Positions 1 to 14,078 of a DNA stretch of 64,000 nucleotides are shown piece after piece. Below the pieces are notes generated by a model. It was not told the DNA's origin. It worked only from the letters and a program-made list of their open reading frames with translations, and searched no databases. Made by a program: the position numbers and the translations under genes. The DNA is from the human T2T-CHM13v2.0 reference genome, Homo sapiens. The stretch lies in the NCBI RefSeq assembly GCF_009914755.1, contig NC_060931.1, one strand, 5' to 3'. How positions within the stretch are numbered: the first letter of the stretch is position 1; every line of letters starts with the position of its first letter.

Positions 1-7
1 AAAAAAA

Positions 8-80
8 AAAATGTCTCCAGACATTGTCAAATGAGCCTTGCAGGAGGAGTGGGGAGTCACCCCAGTTGGGAACCACTGCT
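8..80. mobile_element. MER20-like hAT DNA transposon terminus
   Basis: aatgtctccagacattgtcaaatg...cccagttgggaaccactg resembles the MER20 end as recalled. Confidence 0.7.
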
Positions 81-699
81 GTAAATCATTGGCCTATCAT
101 ATGGTAGAATGGAGAGGTCAATGTGTAAGATTTTAGGAGTCTTATTTTCCATCCTCAACAGTGACTATTTCATCTATATACTATTCCAACATCCAGCTTT
201 GTTTCTCTGCCTTATCCCTCTTACAGCTGATGGTCTTCCTTATACTTTGGTCAAATTTCCCTAGTCAGTCTCCTTTCCCATCCCAAAATGATTCTTCCCT
301 CCCTTCATTTCTTTCTTCATTTCTCTCACTTACTTTTATTCTTCCTACATTCTTAATTAACTTTCATTCATTCTTGATTAAAAAATTATCACTCTTCAGG
401 GACATTTTGCTTCTTTTTGATCACATGCACATTCTCTGTTTGCTGTTATACTAAATGTGTCAATCCTGGTCTAAAAGCAGGACAGTCTGTCCAGCTGGGT
501 TCTGGGCTATATCTGCCATCGCATTCTTCATTGCACCTCCCTTATCCTTTCTTTCTTTTGCATCTTTCATGTCTGCCTTACCAACAAATTATTCCCAGCA
601 GCATGAAAACCTTTTCATTTTATTAAAAAACTAAATAAAATGAAATCAAAGTAGTGTGATTTTCTATCCTCCTTCAGGATTTATCCCAAATTATGCTTT

Positions 700-1330
700 C
701 CTGGATAGTAGAACTTCTCAACACATCAGTTCATACTTTTCATCGTCTATTTAGACACATCCGTATTTACTTTCAATCTATTTATTCTTTAACCCATTGT
801 AAGTTGTCCCCATAGCAACTATTTCACTAAAACTGCTCTCATCACGGTACCCAATAAATTTCAGTTTGTAAAACACTATGGGCACTCACACTTCTTTATT
901 CTGAACTTACTTGACTCCCCAACTGATGTCAACACAATTGCTCAGTCTTTTTACCTTAAAACCTTTTATTTTCTTATGTTCTCTGGCAGCTGTCTCTTCT
1001 GCTTTTCTTTTTCCTTCTCAATATTCTTCCTCATTCTTTTTATTTTCTCTTCATTCTTTGTTAGTGCCCTTTTTTTGAAACTGATGTCTAAAGATTGGGG
1101 CCCCATTCTGATTGATATTTCACCTTATTACTTTCAGAGTACCCTATACTTTTTGCATATAATGTATCAGCTTTTGCCATTCATTTTTAGGATTAAAATC
1201 CTCCCTTACCCTCAAGATAGAAACTCCTTGATGACTGAGACCATGTTTGTTTGTTTGTTTTTCAGAATCTGTAGCATTTCCTGGCATACCACAGGCATCC
1301 AATAAATTAGTGAATTATCTAATGAATGAA
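700..1330 (+). mobile_element. L2 LINE remnant (3' part)
   Basis: aactgctctcatcacggtacccaata; ends ctggcataccacaggcatccaataaattagtgaa...aatgaatgaa, the typical L2 tail. Confidence 0.55.
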
Positions 1331-1767
1331 CTTGATCTGACGTGAAGCACCCTACTCCTAGCTCAATTCCCTACTGACCGGCTCCTAATTTCAGAATTTC
1401 TCCAATTTTTGCTATTTTTCTTATAGTGACAATTTCTTCTGCCCAAGGAGAGAAGGAACGAGTCCAGAAAAGAATGTGTAATCGTGAAAAATGAAATCTC
1501 ACCTACTTTTTAGTTTTGTCCAGGTCTTTATCTGTTCATACATGTTTAAGAGAATAGATGTAAGAGAATAGAGGAGCAAGCAGAGAGACTTCTATCCTTG
1601 GCACTACCTCCTGAGTGTTGCTAGGATCAAAATATTACTGGATAATTGTTTTCATATAGAATCATACCTCTATATTCTGTTCCATATATTATCTTTTTAG
1701 TAATCCCATCTTTTCACAGAAAGGTGTAATATGTTTGATGTGAATCTAAAATTTCTACTGAATATAA

Positions 1768-1774
1768 GTGCGCG

Positions 1775-1810
<36 letters not shown>
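1768..1810. repeat. Compound (CG)n(CA)n microsatellite
   Basis: gtgcgcgcgcgcgcgcacacacac... seen directly. Confidence 0.95.
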
Positions 1811-2364
1811 TTTCTCTACTCTTTTGAAGAGATCAGTCAATGGGCAGAGTTTATAGTAGGATTCTATAAAAATCATGGGAAATTTGAAGAGGATGCCCAG
1901 TTACTTACAGCTCTGGCTTTTTCTTTTCCAATGGGATCCAACCAAACATTTATTCTGTCGTTATGGCTAAGATTTCAAATCACTCAAATTAAATAATCAT
2001 TTTCTTTTCTACAGCATGACAATCGAGGCTATTGTTTGATGATCCCACAATAGTTTAGTGATAATGACTGGTTGAGCAGGTGGGCTTGAGATGTCTGGGG
2101 CAGAGGCCACTCTAGAGCAAGAAGAGACCTAGCCTTAAGATAAATATGAAATCTCTTTCTGCTCTGCCTTCAAATTAATATCACCTTGTTTTGCTTCTGG
2201 CTGCTCAGAATTGAAATGTAGTTGAGTGATGAGATACACTTGTTATTTATAATGATCATTTTATAACTTACTGGAAAGGTGTATTTCTTTTCTGATCAGC
2301 CCTTTCTGAGTAAATTTGAATCCACTGCTAACGTAAAATCTAACTCTGCACATTCCAGACCCTA

Positions 2365-2660
2365 GCCATTAGTTTTATTATGCATCAGAATATCTTAGGA
2401 AGCTCTGAAATATAGCAAGTCCCTAGTCCCAGTGATTCTGATTTCTTTGCTTCAGTATGAAATCCACAATATAGAATTAATTATTCACAAGTATCCCATG
2501 TTAATTTAATGTGTAACTAGTGTTGAGGGTGTTTTTCAAAGAGTGGTTCAGGGAACACCTGTACCATATTCGCCAAAAGCACCTCTCCAAACCTGCTGAA
2601 TCAAAAAAAAAAAAAAAAAAAAAGGACCCCAGATTATTCCTTTCCAATTGAACCTTGACA
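2365..2660. mobile_element. MER5-like hAT MITE remnants with internal poly-A
   Basis: tgcatcagaatatcttagga, gattctgattt, ttttcaaagagtggttc, acctgctgaatca motifs. Confidence 0.45.
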
Positions 2661-3254
2661 CCCTCTGCTTTATGTGGCTTTAGTTAAATAAATTTTCAGT
2701 TGGCTGTTAATAGTGGTAAAACTTTGCTTCTGTTGCATCAAATAGCTGTCCATCTTCTGCCTTATTTATATTGTCTCTAGACCTACAGAAATTAATCCTA
2801 CAGCACTACGTCTTTCAACTATATCCTGTGTTACTGGAAATTACTGGAGTCAGAGACATTTTCTGATAGCAAAATGCAGAGATTAAGCATAAAGGCAAAC
2901 CAAGGAAAACAACAAAAATGCAGAGGAAGTAGAAGTAGACTATATCCTTTATTCTAGTTTCATGAACTGAGTTTAATTGGACTAGTATTTACCTCATAGT
3001 TCAGAAATAATTCATACTTCTAAGCTGTGTCACTAAGCTGAAGTAGTAACTGAAATTGGTGGGAATTTACATACCATATAGTGTTGGCACAATATGCAGA
3101 CACATACACATGGGACACAGTACAATCTTAACCATCTTTCAGGATAGGAGTAGAGGATATACTCACATTTGTCTGGATCAGTCTTTGGAGCAGGGCTCAC
3201 TTTCTCTTTGCTACCCTTCCATCTACTTTTCTTTATTATGATTTCCTTTTAAAC

Positions 3255-3438
3255 TAGTGGTACTTAATCCTGGTTGACTATTACAATTAGCTGAACAATA
3301 CCAAAAAACAAAATTTGGTGCCTGAGTTCCATCTCTGTATATTCTAATTTAATTGTTCCACGAAGTGCCTGAGCATCTCTGTCTTTTTAAAAGTTCCATA
3401 GATGATTTTCCTGTGCAGCCAATATTAAGAACCATTGA
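3255..3438. mobile_element. MER5A/B hAT MITE
   Basis: tagtggtacttaatcctgg ... ttttaaaagttccatagatgatttt...gtgcagccaatattaagaaccattg, with degenerate TIRs. Confidence 0.65.
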
Positions 3439-6400
3439 GTAAAGAGTTCTTGTGGGCTGTGGAAATTTATTTTGTTTTGCAACAAGAGAACATAAGGGAA
3501 TCACTGAACATATCTCATTTCAATTATTATAATAAATTGATTCAAATGTATATAGTTACATGGATGAGAAACAGCACACCTTTATAAAAGAGGTTATTTG
3601 ACATTGGTACAGCCCTTCCCCAACATCAGATCTTTTCTTTCTTGGTAACATGCCAGAGATAAATGAAATCTGATTTCAGGGTAACAATGACTTTTTTAGG
3701 CTCAAAATTTACTTTGATTCTCCAAATGTGAGAAATATATTCTTATATTAAAATGTCAAGTTAACCAATAAATAAAAAGGCTAGAAAAGATGTAAGAAAC
3801 ATGTCAAGAATGTGAAATGGTTTCTGCTCTCAAAGAGTCTATCTAAGGATGCCAGGTATAGATATAAGACAGTGTTACAGTAAATAATAGTTAAAATATT
3901 TAGAGAAGATCACAGTATTTGTTTCCTAAAGAAGAGATGAGATATGCTGTAAGAACACACAGAATGAAAACACATTGTAAGCTAGGACAGTGAGTGTTTA
4001 ATAAAAAAGATTTGTGAAAAGAAAAGTTGTGATCCATGAGCAGATTTTGAGGTCCTTCTTTGGTACAGGGAAGCAGCAGGCAGGACACAGCAGATGACAG
4101 AGAAGCAGTGTGAAATTCAAAAGCTAAGCAGTTCTAGGAACACCCAGAAAATAAATGAGTAGCTCATTTTCAAAAAGATAAGAATTTAAAACTGCAACTT
4201 GAGATCTGTTCAAAGCATATATTAGAGTCAGTATAGAAGCCTTTAAATAGGCAAATACGTCGAAAATTACTTCTAATTAAAAGGGACATTTGAAGGACTT
4301 TTAAAATCTTAAATGTAGAACAAACAAACAAACAAAACAAAACTGAAGGCTTTTATGGGCTCATTGATTGCAGTCACTCATCTTTCCTTGCACTGATATA
4401 AAACATACCAAGGATTCTGGCAACATAAGCCCTCGAAAATTATATCAAAGCTGAATGCCTAGTTTATTGTCAGTCTAAAGAAAATGTTATTATATTGTAT
4501 ATTTAAAGGTTATAGAACACTCAGTGAAGTTTGTGATTTTTTTCTCACATGAATGTGGTTATGGAAGCAATATGCAGGCAGATGTTTAATATAAACTATC
4601 CTTCACATTTCAGAATAAACAACATATGGAACAAGTAGCCATTTTACTTGATGTGCTGAAGTTGAAAACAGTTCAGAACAGATCTGCTTTGATTTACCTT
4701 ATCACTGTTATAACACTATGCCAACCAAGACGTTCCAGCAGATTACAATTAATATGGGCACATATTGTTAAATTCTTTAACTTTAAAGCTGCTTTTAAGG
4801 TATACTACTTTGTTCAATGATATGGCAATGAGAGATATATTCACAGCTAGTGGAATTAAAAAAAAACTTCTAATTAGTAAAGTGATATATGGGAGTTTTC
4901 TATTCTGAATAAAAGAGAAATATATTCTAACCTGGGAAATGTTGGAATGAGAAAATATTATAAATAGGATTGATCTCTTTAATTGCTCAGATCTTGTCCA
5001 GAGAAGTAAATTGAGCTCAACTAATCCATTCTGTTCCTTTTTTAGCATATTTATGGAAAATCGGGTAATTAAATGATGAAAAGAGGGAAAAAATAACTGA
5101 TGAATGCATTTTATAGTCACATATTTTATTTTTAGATAGAACTTCCAGTATCATTTTATTGCAATAAAAAGCCTTTCATATCAACCAAAGGAAATTTAAC
5201 ATTTAAGTTGCATGTTAAAAATAATATATATTGTTTTTTCCCAAATTCAAATTTAGTATATTTAGCCAACAAGAATGCTAACTATTTTGTATGAACATGT
5301 TGGCAGGGAGTGGGTGGGTTTCATGTATTGGAATGCATTTACATTGAAATGTTTCTTTCCCACACCACCTTTGTGCTCTAAATTCAAAGTTCATGAAAAT
5401 ATAATTTTTCAACATAAAAATTTTTCAGCGATAGAAGGAAGCCAGGAATCCAGCAAATTCAATAGTTTTTCCTAAAATGGCTCTGACAGATGAACACCCA
5501 GCCTCTGCTTTTACAAATTTTTATCACACTGCTAATACGGACAGTTTCCTGAATACCTCTCTAGGCACCTTGTCTTATTATTCAACAAATCTTAATTTAG
5601 TCATTTGACAAATGTGACGAAAGAAAAAAAATGTGTGTATTCTGTTCGCTTGCTTGCTTATTTGTTTCTCTTATCAAATAGAAACAAAACTGCTAAATCA
5701 AGGCAGTTCCATTTGTTCACCCTTTTTTTTTTTTTCATCTCCTCCTCAGCTGCATCACATATAAGCACAACGGGTTCTTGTTCTCATCTTAGGGATCTGC
5801 GTACGCAACCCTAATTTACCCAGACAGAAAGCAATTCCTCAGAGGCAGATCCAGTTAAACAGGTTGCCTGTAGTCGACAAATTTCAGGCAGAAATTGTGG
5901 GAGTACAGCGTTTCTAGGCACAGGCGGGCTTATCAATACCAAAGCCTAGCTTGACTGCAAGAAGTTTTATTTCTCTTCTCTGCTACCTGTCTATATGAAA
6001 AGGCATTTTCCTGCTTGGAAAATAGTTGCTAAGAGAAAAAGTCCAGGCTTCCTTATCAGAGAGGTGGAAGCTCAAATCTGCTGCTCATATTTATTGATTT
6101 TTGGCCATGCACAAGTTATGTTCAACCTCAGTTTTCTTGTGGGGAAGAACAACAATGCTCTAAGGGACAATTGTTCAATCTGTGGTGGATATCATTATCT
6201 ACACTTGTATAAGAGAATGCACTGCTCTACCTCACTCACAATCTAAATATTCTGACTTGGGATGTAAAGAGCTTCCTTCTCATCAAGAAAAGACTATGAA
6301 CTAGGCTATGAATTTGGAGTCCCCTACAACTTCTTCACATGCATAAATCGGTTTCCCTTTATATTACTTGTTATTTATAGAAGTTCTTCATTTTAGACAA

Positions 6401-7543
6401 TATGAATAAATACCTATGAAAAAAAAGTCTGTGGCATACATATTGTTTTTAAAGAAACAATTTATGCATCTTTACTAACTATATGACAATCTCTATATTT
6501 CTTAGTTCTTATGTAAAAAGATATTTATTTTTATTTTTTATTAACTCAGTCTTACTATAGAATATCTACACAGAAATATACAAATCAAAAAAAAAAAAAA
6601 CCACTAAAAAAAGGGACCCTTAAAAATTCAGTGACTCTCTACTAGGTCTTACAGTGGTAAGGGGATTGAGATGTGACTGTTCAGTACTTTCTAATTGACC
6701 AAACATAAACAAACATTTATATGTAAATAATGTTTTCAGAAACAGGTAATTAATTTCCATATAAATACTTTATTATACCATTCTAGAAAAAGAATTAAGT
6801 ATATTCTTATGATTAGTCAACTGATTTTTGGGATTAAGAAAGAAACTTAGATGGTCATAAAGATAAGAAAATTGGTTGATTTTTAATTATCTTATATTAC
6901 ATTTTGAAATGTTGTCTCATGTATTTCGATTGTTATGAGCTTTAAATCCATTTCTTCTGGGTTCTTATTTCAGGATTATTTTCTTATTAACTAAATACAT
7001 TAAATGACAGAAAATATACCTTTTAAACATAGTAAGGAATATTCTTATTAATGCCACATCAGATGCATACCATAAATTTCACTAATTCAGAGAACCATTT
7101 TCGTAGGTGTTCGCTGTTTTAATTTTATGCTTACAGGTTTCAGAAAAAGACTGTCAGACTAGATGAAATTCATTTATAAGAAAAATGCAACATTCAACTG
7201 TTATGAAAGGCTATATATCATGCCGTTTCTGGTATGTGGAGTAATTTGAGTATACTTGGAACTTTAAAAAAAGAGATACACTAAAATACCAAAACAACTT
7301 TTACAGATAAAATATTAGAATCAAAGATAATATACTCAGAATTATTTTTAGTCAGACTTTATTTATTACTGACCAAAACTGTGTTTCTGTAATGAGAAGG
7401 CTTAACGCAACCAGATTCATATACATTAAATATAAAATAAAATATTAGGACAAAAAACAGTCTCAGAAATTGCCTGTTTTTTGGGAGGATAAAGTATCAG
7501 ACTGATCATATACTATTTTAGATTAAAAGCTTTATTCTGTATA

Positions 7544-7828
7544 TTGTGGTATCCCAAACTTGTCTAATCCCCACCCCATAGTAGATACTGCATAAAATTT
7601 GGCTGAATTTTAATTCAGTGAGTGAATGACCGGCTTTAATTCAGTGAGTGACTGACTGGTTTGAAATTCCATAGGAAACCACCACAGTGCAATATCCTGG
7701 AGTATTCCGGGCTTTGTGTCTAGGACAGATCCCTCTGTGACAATATTGGAAAGTACTTTCCAGCCAGGAAAATACTGGTTATATTTGGTGAATAATCTCA
7801 AAAATTAGCCAGGATTTGGGGACCAGTT
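7544..7828. mobile_element. Probable hAT-Charlie-type MITE, family unresolved
   Basis: Degenerate terminal inverted repeats: gtggtatcccaaacttgtctaat ... attagccaggatttggggacca. Confidence 0.45.
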
Positions 7829-8009
7829 GAGACAAAAATACACAAATGGAGAAAGGCTTATAATTCTCCCAATTTTGATATCAGCTAGCTATCATTAAAA
7901 TGTTAGTGCCAATAATTCAATTACACAAATTCATGTGTCTAAGTATTTCCTATGCCCTATGTATCTACACAATTAAATACTAATAATACAGAACATTATA
8001 TCTAAATTA

Positions 8010-8580
8010 AAGCTCTCTGTTTCTCTGTCTCAGCTATGCACTGTGTAATTTTAAACAAATTTCTGGGCCTCTGTGGCTTCATCTGTTAATATGGTATAAT
8101 GGGATGAATAAAGCCTACAATGTAAAAAAAATGATGTTTTATTTCTCATCCTCCTTACCTACCATTAGTCATAAGATCTGTGGCAATTACTCTCTGATAT
8201 TTGTTTTCTTAACTCGTACAATGGAAATTACAATAAAAATTATAGTAAGTTTCTACTCATCCTTCATAAATCAATTCAGTTGTTACCATTTTGTGAATAG
8301 TAACTCCATTGTCACTCCACTCTCCACCCAGGAAAATTTAAACATCCATACATATTTTTATAAGAGCACTTTAACACTGGTTTATAATTGTTCATTTGCT
8401 TTTTTCCTTCCCCACTAGATGGTGAACTCCTAGAAAGAAAACATTATGTTCTTTATCACTTTATCCCAATAGTGTGTGATACGTGATATGAGTTCAGTAA
8501 ATGTTGACTAATGAATGACTGAACAAATACCCTGTCCATTCATTCTTCACTAAATATTTATTTATGCTTATTATAGGTGA
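8010..8580. mobile_element. MIR fragments and L2 3' end
   Basis: ctctgtggcttcatctgttaatatgg (MIR core); ctagatggtgaactcc...ttcagtaaatgttgactaatgaatga (L2 tail). Confidence 0.5.
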
Positions 8581-9415
8581 GATTTTAATTTCATAATGTT
8601 AATTAATTAAATCAAATTTTCGTTTCTCAAGACTTAAGTCATACGTGTCTCCAAGTTGGCTTCCCAAAGCATCTTCAATATGACTTACATCATTAGCACA
8701 AAGAATGAGAGACACAATAGGCATGCTGTCTAGAAATAAATCATTCACTTGTTGTTATATGTTCTTATATTCTACAAACTGATGCATTCATTGTGATTAA
8801 ATGGTACATTGTCCATATAATTAAAATTCTCTTTCTCATAGATTAATGTAATTGCCCATTTCTCAGAATAATATATATATATATGTTTTTCCTACTTATG
8901 TTTTGACTATGTTATTTACATCAAGAGCTCAGTGGCAAATGGCCTAAAGTATAAACTAGTTTGTTTTTACATAGTATCGATGCACCTTGTGGAATCAACA
9001 AGTTGATCAGAGCACCAAACAATAGCTCAAATAATTTTTTAAAAAATTATTAATAATTTTAAGTTAATATGCATGCATGGAAAATTGGATATACCTTGGT
9101 GGAGCTTGCCTTTCTTACATTTATTGGAAATTGGGATGTTTATATGTGTGCATAGAAAAAATCTGGAAACTTATGCTATGAAATATTAAGATTAGTTATC
9201 TCTGGTGTGATTTGGGATGATTTTTACTTTTTTCTTAAGTGTTTTCTTTACTCCATGACTTACTTTTACAATAAATATATATCATGTATATAATCAGACA
9301 AAACAACAGTTATTTCTCATTTAGAAAAATAATTAAAATCATCATGGGGATGGTGCAAAAATAAAAATTTAAGATTAGTGACACAAAATAGGGAGCTTAA
9401 AATGGAGTTATTTTT

Positions 9416-9695
9416 GGCCAGATGTGGTGGCTCACGCCTGTAATCCCAGCACTTTGGGAGGCTGAGGCGGCGGGTCACGAGGTCAGGAATTTGAGACCAG
9501 CCTCACCAACATGGTGAAACCCATCTCTACTAAAAATACAAAAATTATCTGGGCATGGTGGTGCGTGCCTGTAATCCCAACTCGGGAGGTTGAGGCAGGA
9601 GAATCCCTTGAACTCGGGAGGTAAAGGTTACAGTGATAGCACCACTGTATTCCAGCCTGGGCAAGAGTGAGACCATCTCAAAACAAAAAAAAAAA
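9416..9695 (+). mobile_element. AluS (Sg-like)
   Basis: ggccagatgtggtggctcacgcctgtaatccc...; A-tail; TSD ggagttattttt on both sides. Confidence 0.95.
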
Positions 9696-10214
9696 GGAGT
9701 TATTTTTACGTATAAAATTTCCACACTTTAAAGCATTATTTAAAAGGTGATTTACCGAAATTAAACTTGAAAAATTAAGTTAGTAAATCTTCCTTAAAAT
9801 TATGTCCTCAAGGTTATTACCCAAGGCCTTGAAGCCTCTAAGCCAACAAAGATTTATTACCTTATATGGCAGATCAAGGTCTGAGCAGGGTTTTTCCAGC
9901 TTTTGACCAGATAGCTTTATTGTTTTAGCAGATCTTGGCTCAGCAATTTCTTCTGCTCTCAGTCAATACTCCTTTCCACCATCTGCAAGCCTTCATCAAG
10001 CTGATCCTAAATGTACCAAACAACTTCCTTCCCCTTAATTGCTGCCCAGTGTTCTTTGCTTTTAAATTGTAGATCAGGCCCACTTCCTTGATTTAATACC
10101 ACTAAATTTCTAAACCTACCATTTAATTCTTGATTCATCACATTCAGCCCACACTTGAATTTTCATAAACACGTTTATCTGAATGTTTTATTTATGTCTT
10201 AGCCTCATCGAAAA

Positions 10215-10400
10215 GGTAAGCTTTGAGTCAGATCTAATCCGAGTTTTACCACTTACCTTGAGAGTGGTGTAATTATACAAACTCCAGAGTCCCTTTTCTA
10301 AAAAAATAAATAAATAAAACAGTTAATAGGTTTGGTGTAGGAACAGGCAAGTACCTCTGAGATAGTAAGTTGTCAACATAGAGTACCTATTGCTATGACA
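10215..10400 (+). mobile_element. MIR remnant
   Basis: gctttgagtcagatct...accacttacc...; end resembles gtaagttgtcaaca. Confidence 0.45.
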
Positions 10401-11599
10401 AGATTCTAGTCTGAATTTTGGTTAAGGCCAGTCTTATTCTGAAATACCTGTTAGATATTATCAACTAATTACTTATTCCAAACCAAGCTAAATTTTATCC
10501 AAAACATTCTTGTTTTTACTCTTTTAGTCATTAGACTGAAAAGTTTAGTGATATCCAGTATCATACCATTCCTCATACAGTCAGCTGAATACTTTCTCTC
10601 TCTTGTTTCAAATTTATGGACTTATGGCCTCATGCTTTAATTGTAATTGTTTGCTTTTTGTGATGTTTGCTTTCAAATATTTTTTTCTTTCAAATCTGTT
10701 TTTATGATATTTTCCATATCAAACCCCCCTGAAAGTACTCTCAGGTGAAATTATTTTTTCTTATGTATAAGTAGCTCTGCAAACTGATTATCTGTCTAAT
10801 CTGTTCTCATAGCCTCAGGCCTCTCCACCAATGCTGAAGAAACCTCCACTTCCCCAGTGCAGCCTTGGTCATACAGCATCCTCTGCTTCAAATTATTTCC
10901 TCACAAGTTTGAACTTATCCCAAGTCCACCATTCTTCAAGGTAAAATGTTATCTTTATCATGAAGACTTATTAGATACATTTGTCCTTATGTGATATTCT
11001 GCTCTGAACGCCTAAAGCCCTTTCTGCCAGCCCCTACCTCCGGACATTTTACTGGGTACAGAGTCTGTCTCTGTCTTTCCCCCCTCACCTTTCTATTTCC
11101 CAAGGCAGGCCCCTTACCACAAGGAAGGACACTTTGTACATCAATATCTTACCCACTGCATCTAACCATACAAACTGTTCAAAACAGATGCCCAATGGAT
11201 ATTCAGAATTTCCAGTTTATATAATGTATAAAGTCAAAGAAATATTAGAGTACATTCAACATTATCTTATGACTGAGGAAACAGAGTTTGACTTATTCAA
11301 AGTCACAGAGTTCATTGGTAGCATAAGTGACATTGAAACACCCATCTTAAATGGTTAAGAACATACATTCTAACTATGTATTTTACATTCATTATGAATA
11401 CACTACGAGTATTTGTTGGTTATACAATTTGTCGCTCTGTAGATTGAGATGCTTTAATTTTAACAGGTTAGGGTAAAAACAAATCTTACAGATCTCTCAA
11501 GCTATTAAACACACATGCATTCACCTTGCCACTTTCTGAAATATAATTTGTGATATTATATATTTTTTAAATTTTGGTTTGTGTCATTCTCCCAACATA

Positions 11600-11960
11600 T
11601 TAGGTACACCCTCATCTTAGGGCCTTTGCACCTGCCTTTGCACCTGTCTGGTACACTCTTGCCCTGAACACATCCTTTAGTTGATATTCAGATATTACCC
11701 TCCCATGCAGCCTTCTATGTCTGGTCTATTTAAAAATGCATCTTTTCTACCCAATAGTTAGTATCTTTGTCTCTAGCTTTATTTATTTCCAAATAATTAA
11801 TACTGTATGATATGCCATTTATTTTATAAATTTATTTGTGTATTGTTTCTCCTATCTAGAATGTAAGTTCTAGGAAGATGAAGATTATATTGTTGAATTT
11901 GTTTATTATTCTATCCTCAATGTCCGGAACACAATAGGAGCTTAAAACATATTATGTTGA
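11600..11960 (+). mobile_element. L2 3' end
   Basis: ttagggcctttgcacctgc...ctagaatgtaagttc...ggaacacaataggagcttaaaacatatt. Confidence 0.7.
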
Positions 11961-12899
11961 AGGACACGATGCCAAGAGATAGTTCTATTCCATAATATAC
12001 ACAATTCACTTTTACTTTTATAAACATATTTTTTGCTTCTTTAAATAGAAAAACAAATGGTATTTCTAATTTTAGAAGCAGTGCCTTCTGACGTTTAAGG
12101 GTTTTCATTATCATATTTGCTTGCCCACATATTAAATAAAAGACTACCAAATATGACAAGAAGAATAAAGATATAGACATTCTGAACCCACTTAATTAAA
12201 AATTGAGCCTTCTTATTTTATCTCGCTAGGTGTGAAAGTTTGAGTTGAACTTGATTCATTAAAAAGGTATTTTCTTGAGAAACCTCCAGAAAGTCTTTTA
12301 ACTGCAAACTCAAATTCAAGTTGGTAGCAGTTTTTGAAATCTAGTTTTTTCCTATGACTTTCTGCAAAGTCAGTTTTCAAAGAGAAAAAAAATATTTATT
12401 ATAGTGCACTTCCATCGCAAGTCGCTGTAAGCTAATTAAATTCTAAAAATGACTATCTTTTAATTTTGAAACTTAAACCTAGAGAGAGAGGCAATTGGTA
12501 TTGTGGTCAATTATTTAACTCTTTGCCTAATCTCCACCCTGCCAGCTCTGTATAATATATGTTTGCATATGTTTCACTAATATTTTGTAGCTCCTCCTAG
12601 TAGTATTAATAGTTTACAGTTAGGAGATATAGAGAAAAATTTCTCTCAGATTGAGGGGTGGGGAAGCATATGCTTTGTATACTCTGCAAACTCCTATAGT
12701 GGGATAACCTAAATATGTTATATTTATGAACAAGTCTGGCATTTGTATTTATGCAGAAAAATGCATCCTTGGTTGCAGAAATAGTCATCATGAGAATAGA
12801 AACTTTCATGTTTTTCTAAATATGATGTTTACTCCACCCTTCACCCAAAATTTCAGAATAAATTGGAACAGAAAATTTGATCATTGCCCTTTGGAATGG

Positions 12900-12900
<1 letters not shown>

Positions 12901-12929
<29 letters not shown>
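12901..12929. repeat. (CA)n microsatellite
   Basis: Seen directly. Confidence 0.95.
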
Positions 12930-12932
<3 letters not shown>

Positions 12933-13199
12933 GTTGTTAATGTTATTTGGGGGTCAGGGAAAATAAAATGCAGACAGCAGATGGGTGGGCTGTGTGTGTA
13001 GGTGTATATATGTATGTGTGTGTATATAGACTATATTTCTGCAGATACCATTTTCCCATTTTGTTGCTAATTTGGGGAACCTAAAGGGCACTAAAAGCTC
13101 ATTTTCTTTGCTCATTTATTCTCTAAAGTAACCTAGTTTATGTATTCCTCAACTTGAACAAGACAGAGAACACAGTTATACATTTGTTGGCTTAAATTT

Positions 13200-13625
13200 T
13201 TTCATTCTTAATTCAATAAATACTCATTAACATCTATTTGAGCTAAACATCAGGGCAGATTCTGAGGAAATGAAATAGAAAGTTATTCTTTTTTTCCTCT
13301 CTTAATCAGGGAAATAAATATATAAACAAGCACAATAATTTGATAAGTATTCTAACTATACATTCAAGTGCTATTGACACAAAGAATAAATGTTTAATTT
13401 TAACTGAGAAGGTAAAATGACCCTTTTGGTAAGACAGTATTTGAGCTGGCCCTAAATAATGAGTAGGAAAGTAGCCTAATGTAGGCAGTAAGGAAGAGCA
13501 TTCCAGAAAGAATATTCCAAGCTAAAAATGTGCTATGGCAGGCAGAGAAAAATAGAAGTTGTTTCAAATGATAGGAGATCATGGTACGTAGGGTGGAAAA
13601 GGAGGTTGAGTTTGAGGAGATGTGA
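13200..13625 (-). mobile_element. L2 remnant
   Basis: attcaataaatactcattaacatcta; tttgagctggccct; gagcattccagaaagaa. Confidence 0.6.
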
Positions 13626-14078
13626 TTGTAAAGTTTGTCTCTTCAACAAGGACCTTTATCTCATGCTAATTAGTAGGAATCATATTTGGTAAATAACATA
13701 TTTTTATTGCTATTTATAAAACAGAATAAAGCAAGGTGATAGGCTTCTAAAGATAATGAAAATTTATTCTCCATACATATTTTGGAGCAAATAATATTTA
13801 GATATAAGCATTTTTACTACATATGTCCTGATTTGTCATAAATATAGCTGAGAAATAATTGAGTTTCATAGTGAACAGTGCTAAAAAATTAATTTTATTA
13901 AATTTTGTATTAAATATATTTTGTTTATAATCTATGTATTTTGTTTATAATATATTCTAATGGAAAGTAGTTGGAAAAAAGTAGTCTGTCTAGTAATTGA
14001 AGTTCCATCTGCTTTGCGGATCAAATGATTTTGTTATTATTCAAATAAACATTCTCTACATTTATAAGTATAATCCCA

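Noticed and set aside
4614-4799. Possible exon (ttcacatttcag acceptor, aag/gtatac donor)
   Set aside because: The donor is weak, the peptide is unrecognisable, and chance splice-like sites are common.
9030-9051. Perfect 22-bp palindrome aataattttttaaaaaattatt
   Set aside because: It contains only A and T and is low complexity, so it is plausible by chance or slippage.
161-13582. Short hydrophobic ORFs (for example 161..454, 976..1305, 4749..5120, 8104..8418)
   Set aside because: F/L/S/I-rich translations are expected from AT- and pyrimidine-rich DNA. No recognisable domains are present, and several overlap L2 or MIR remnants.
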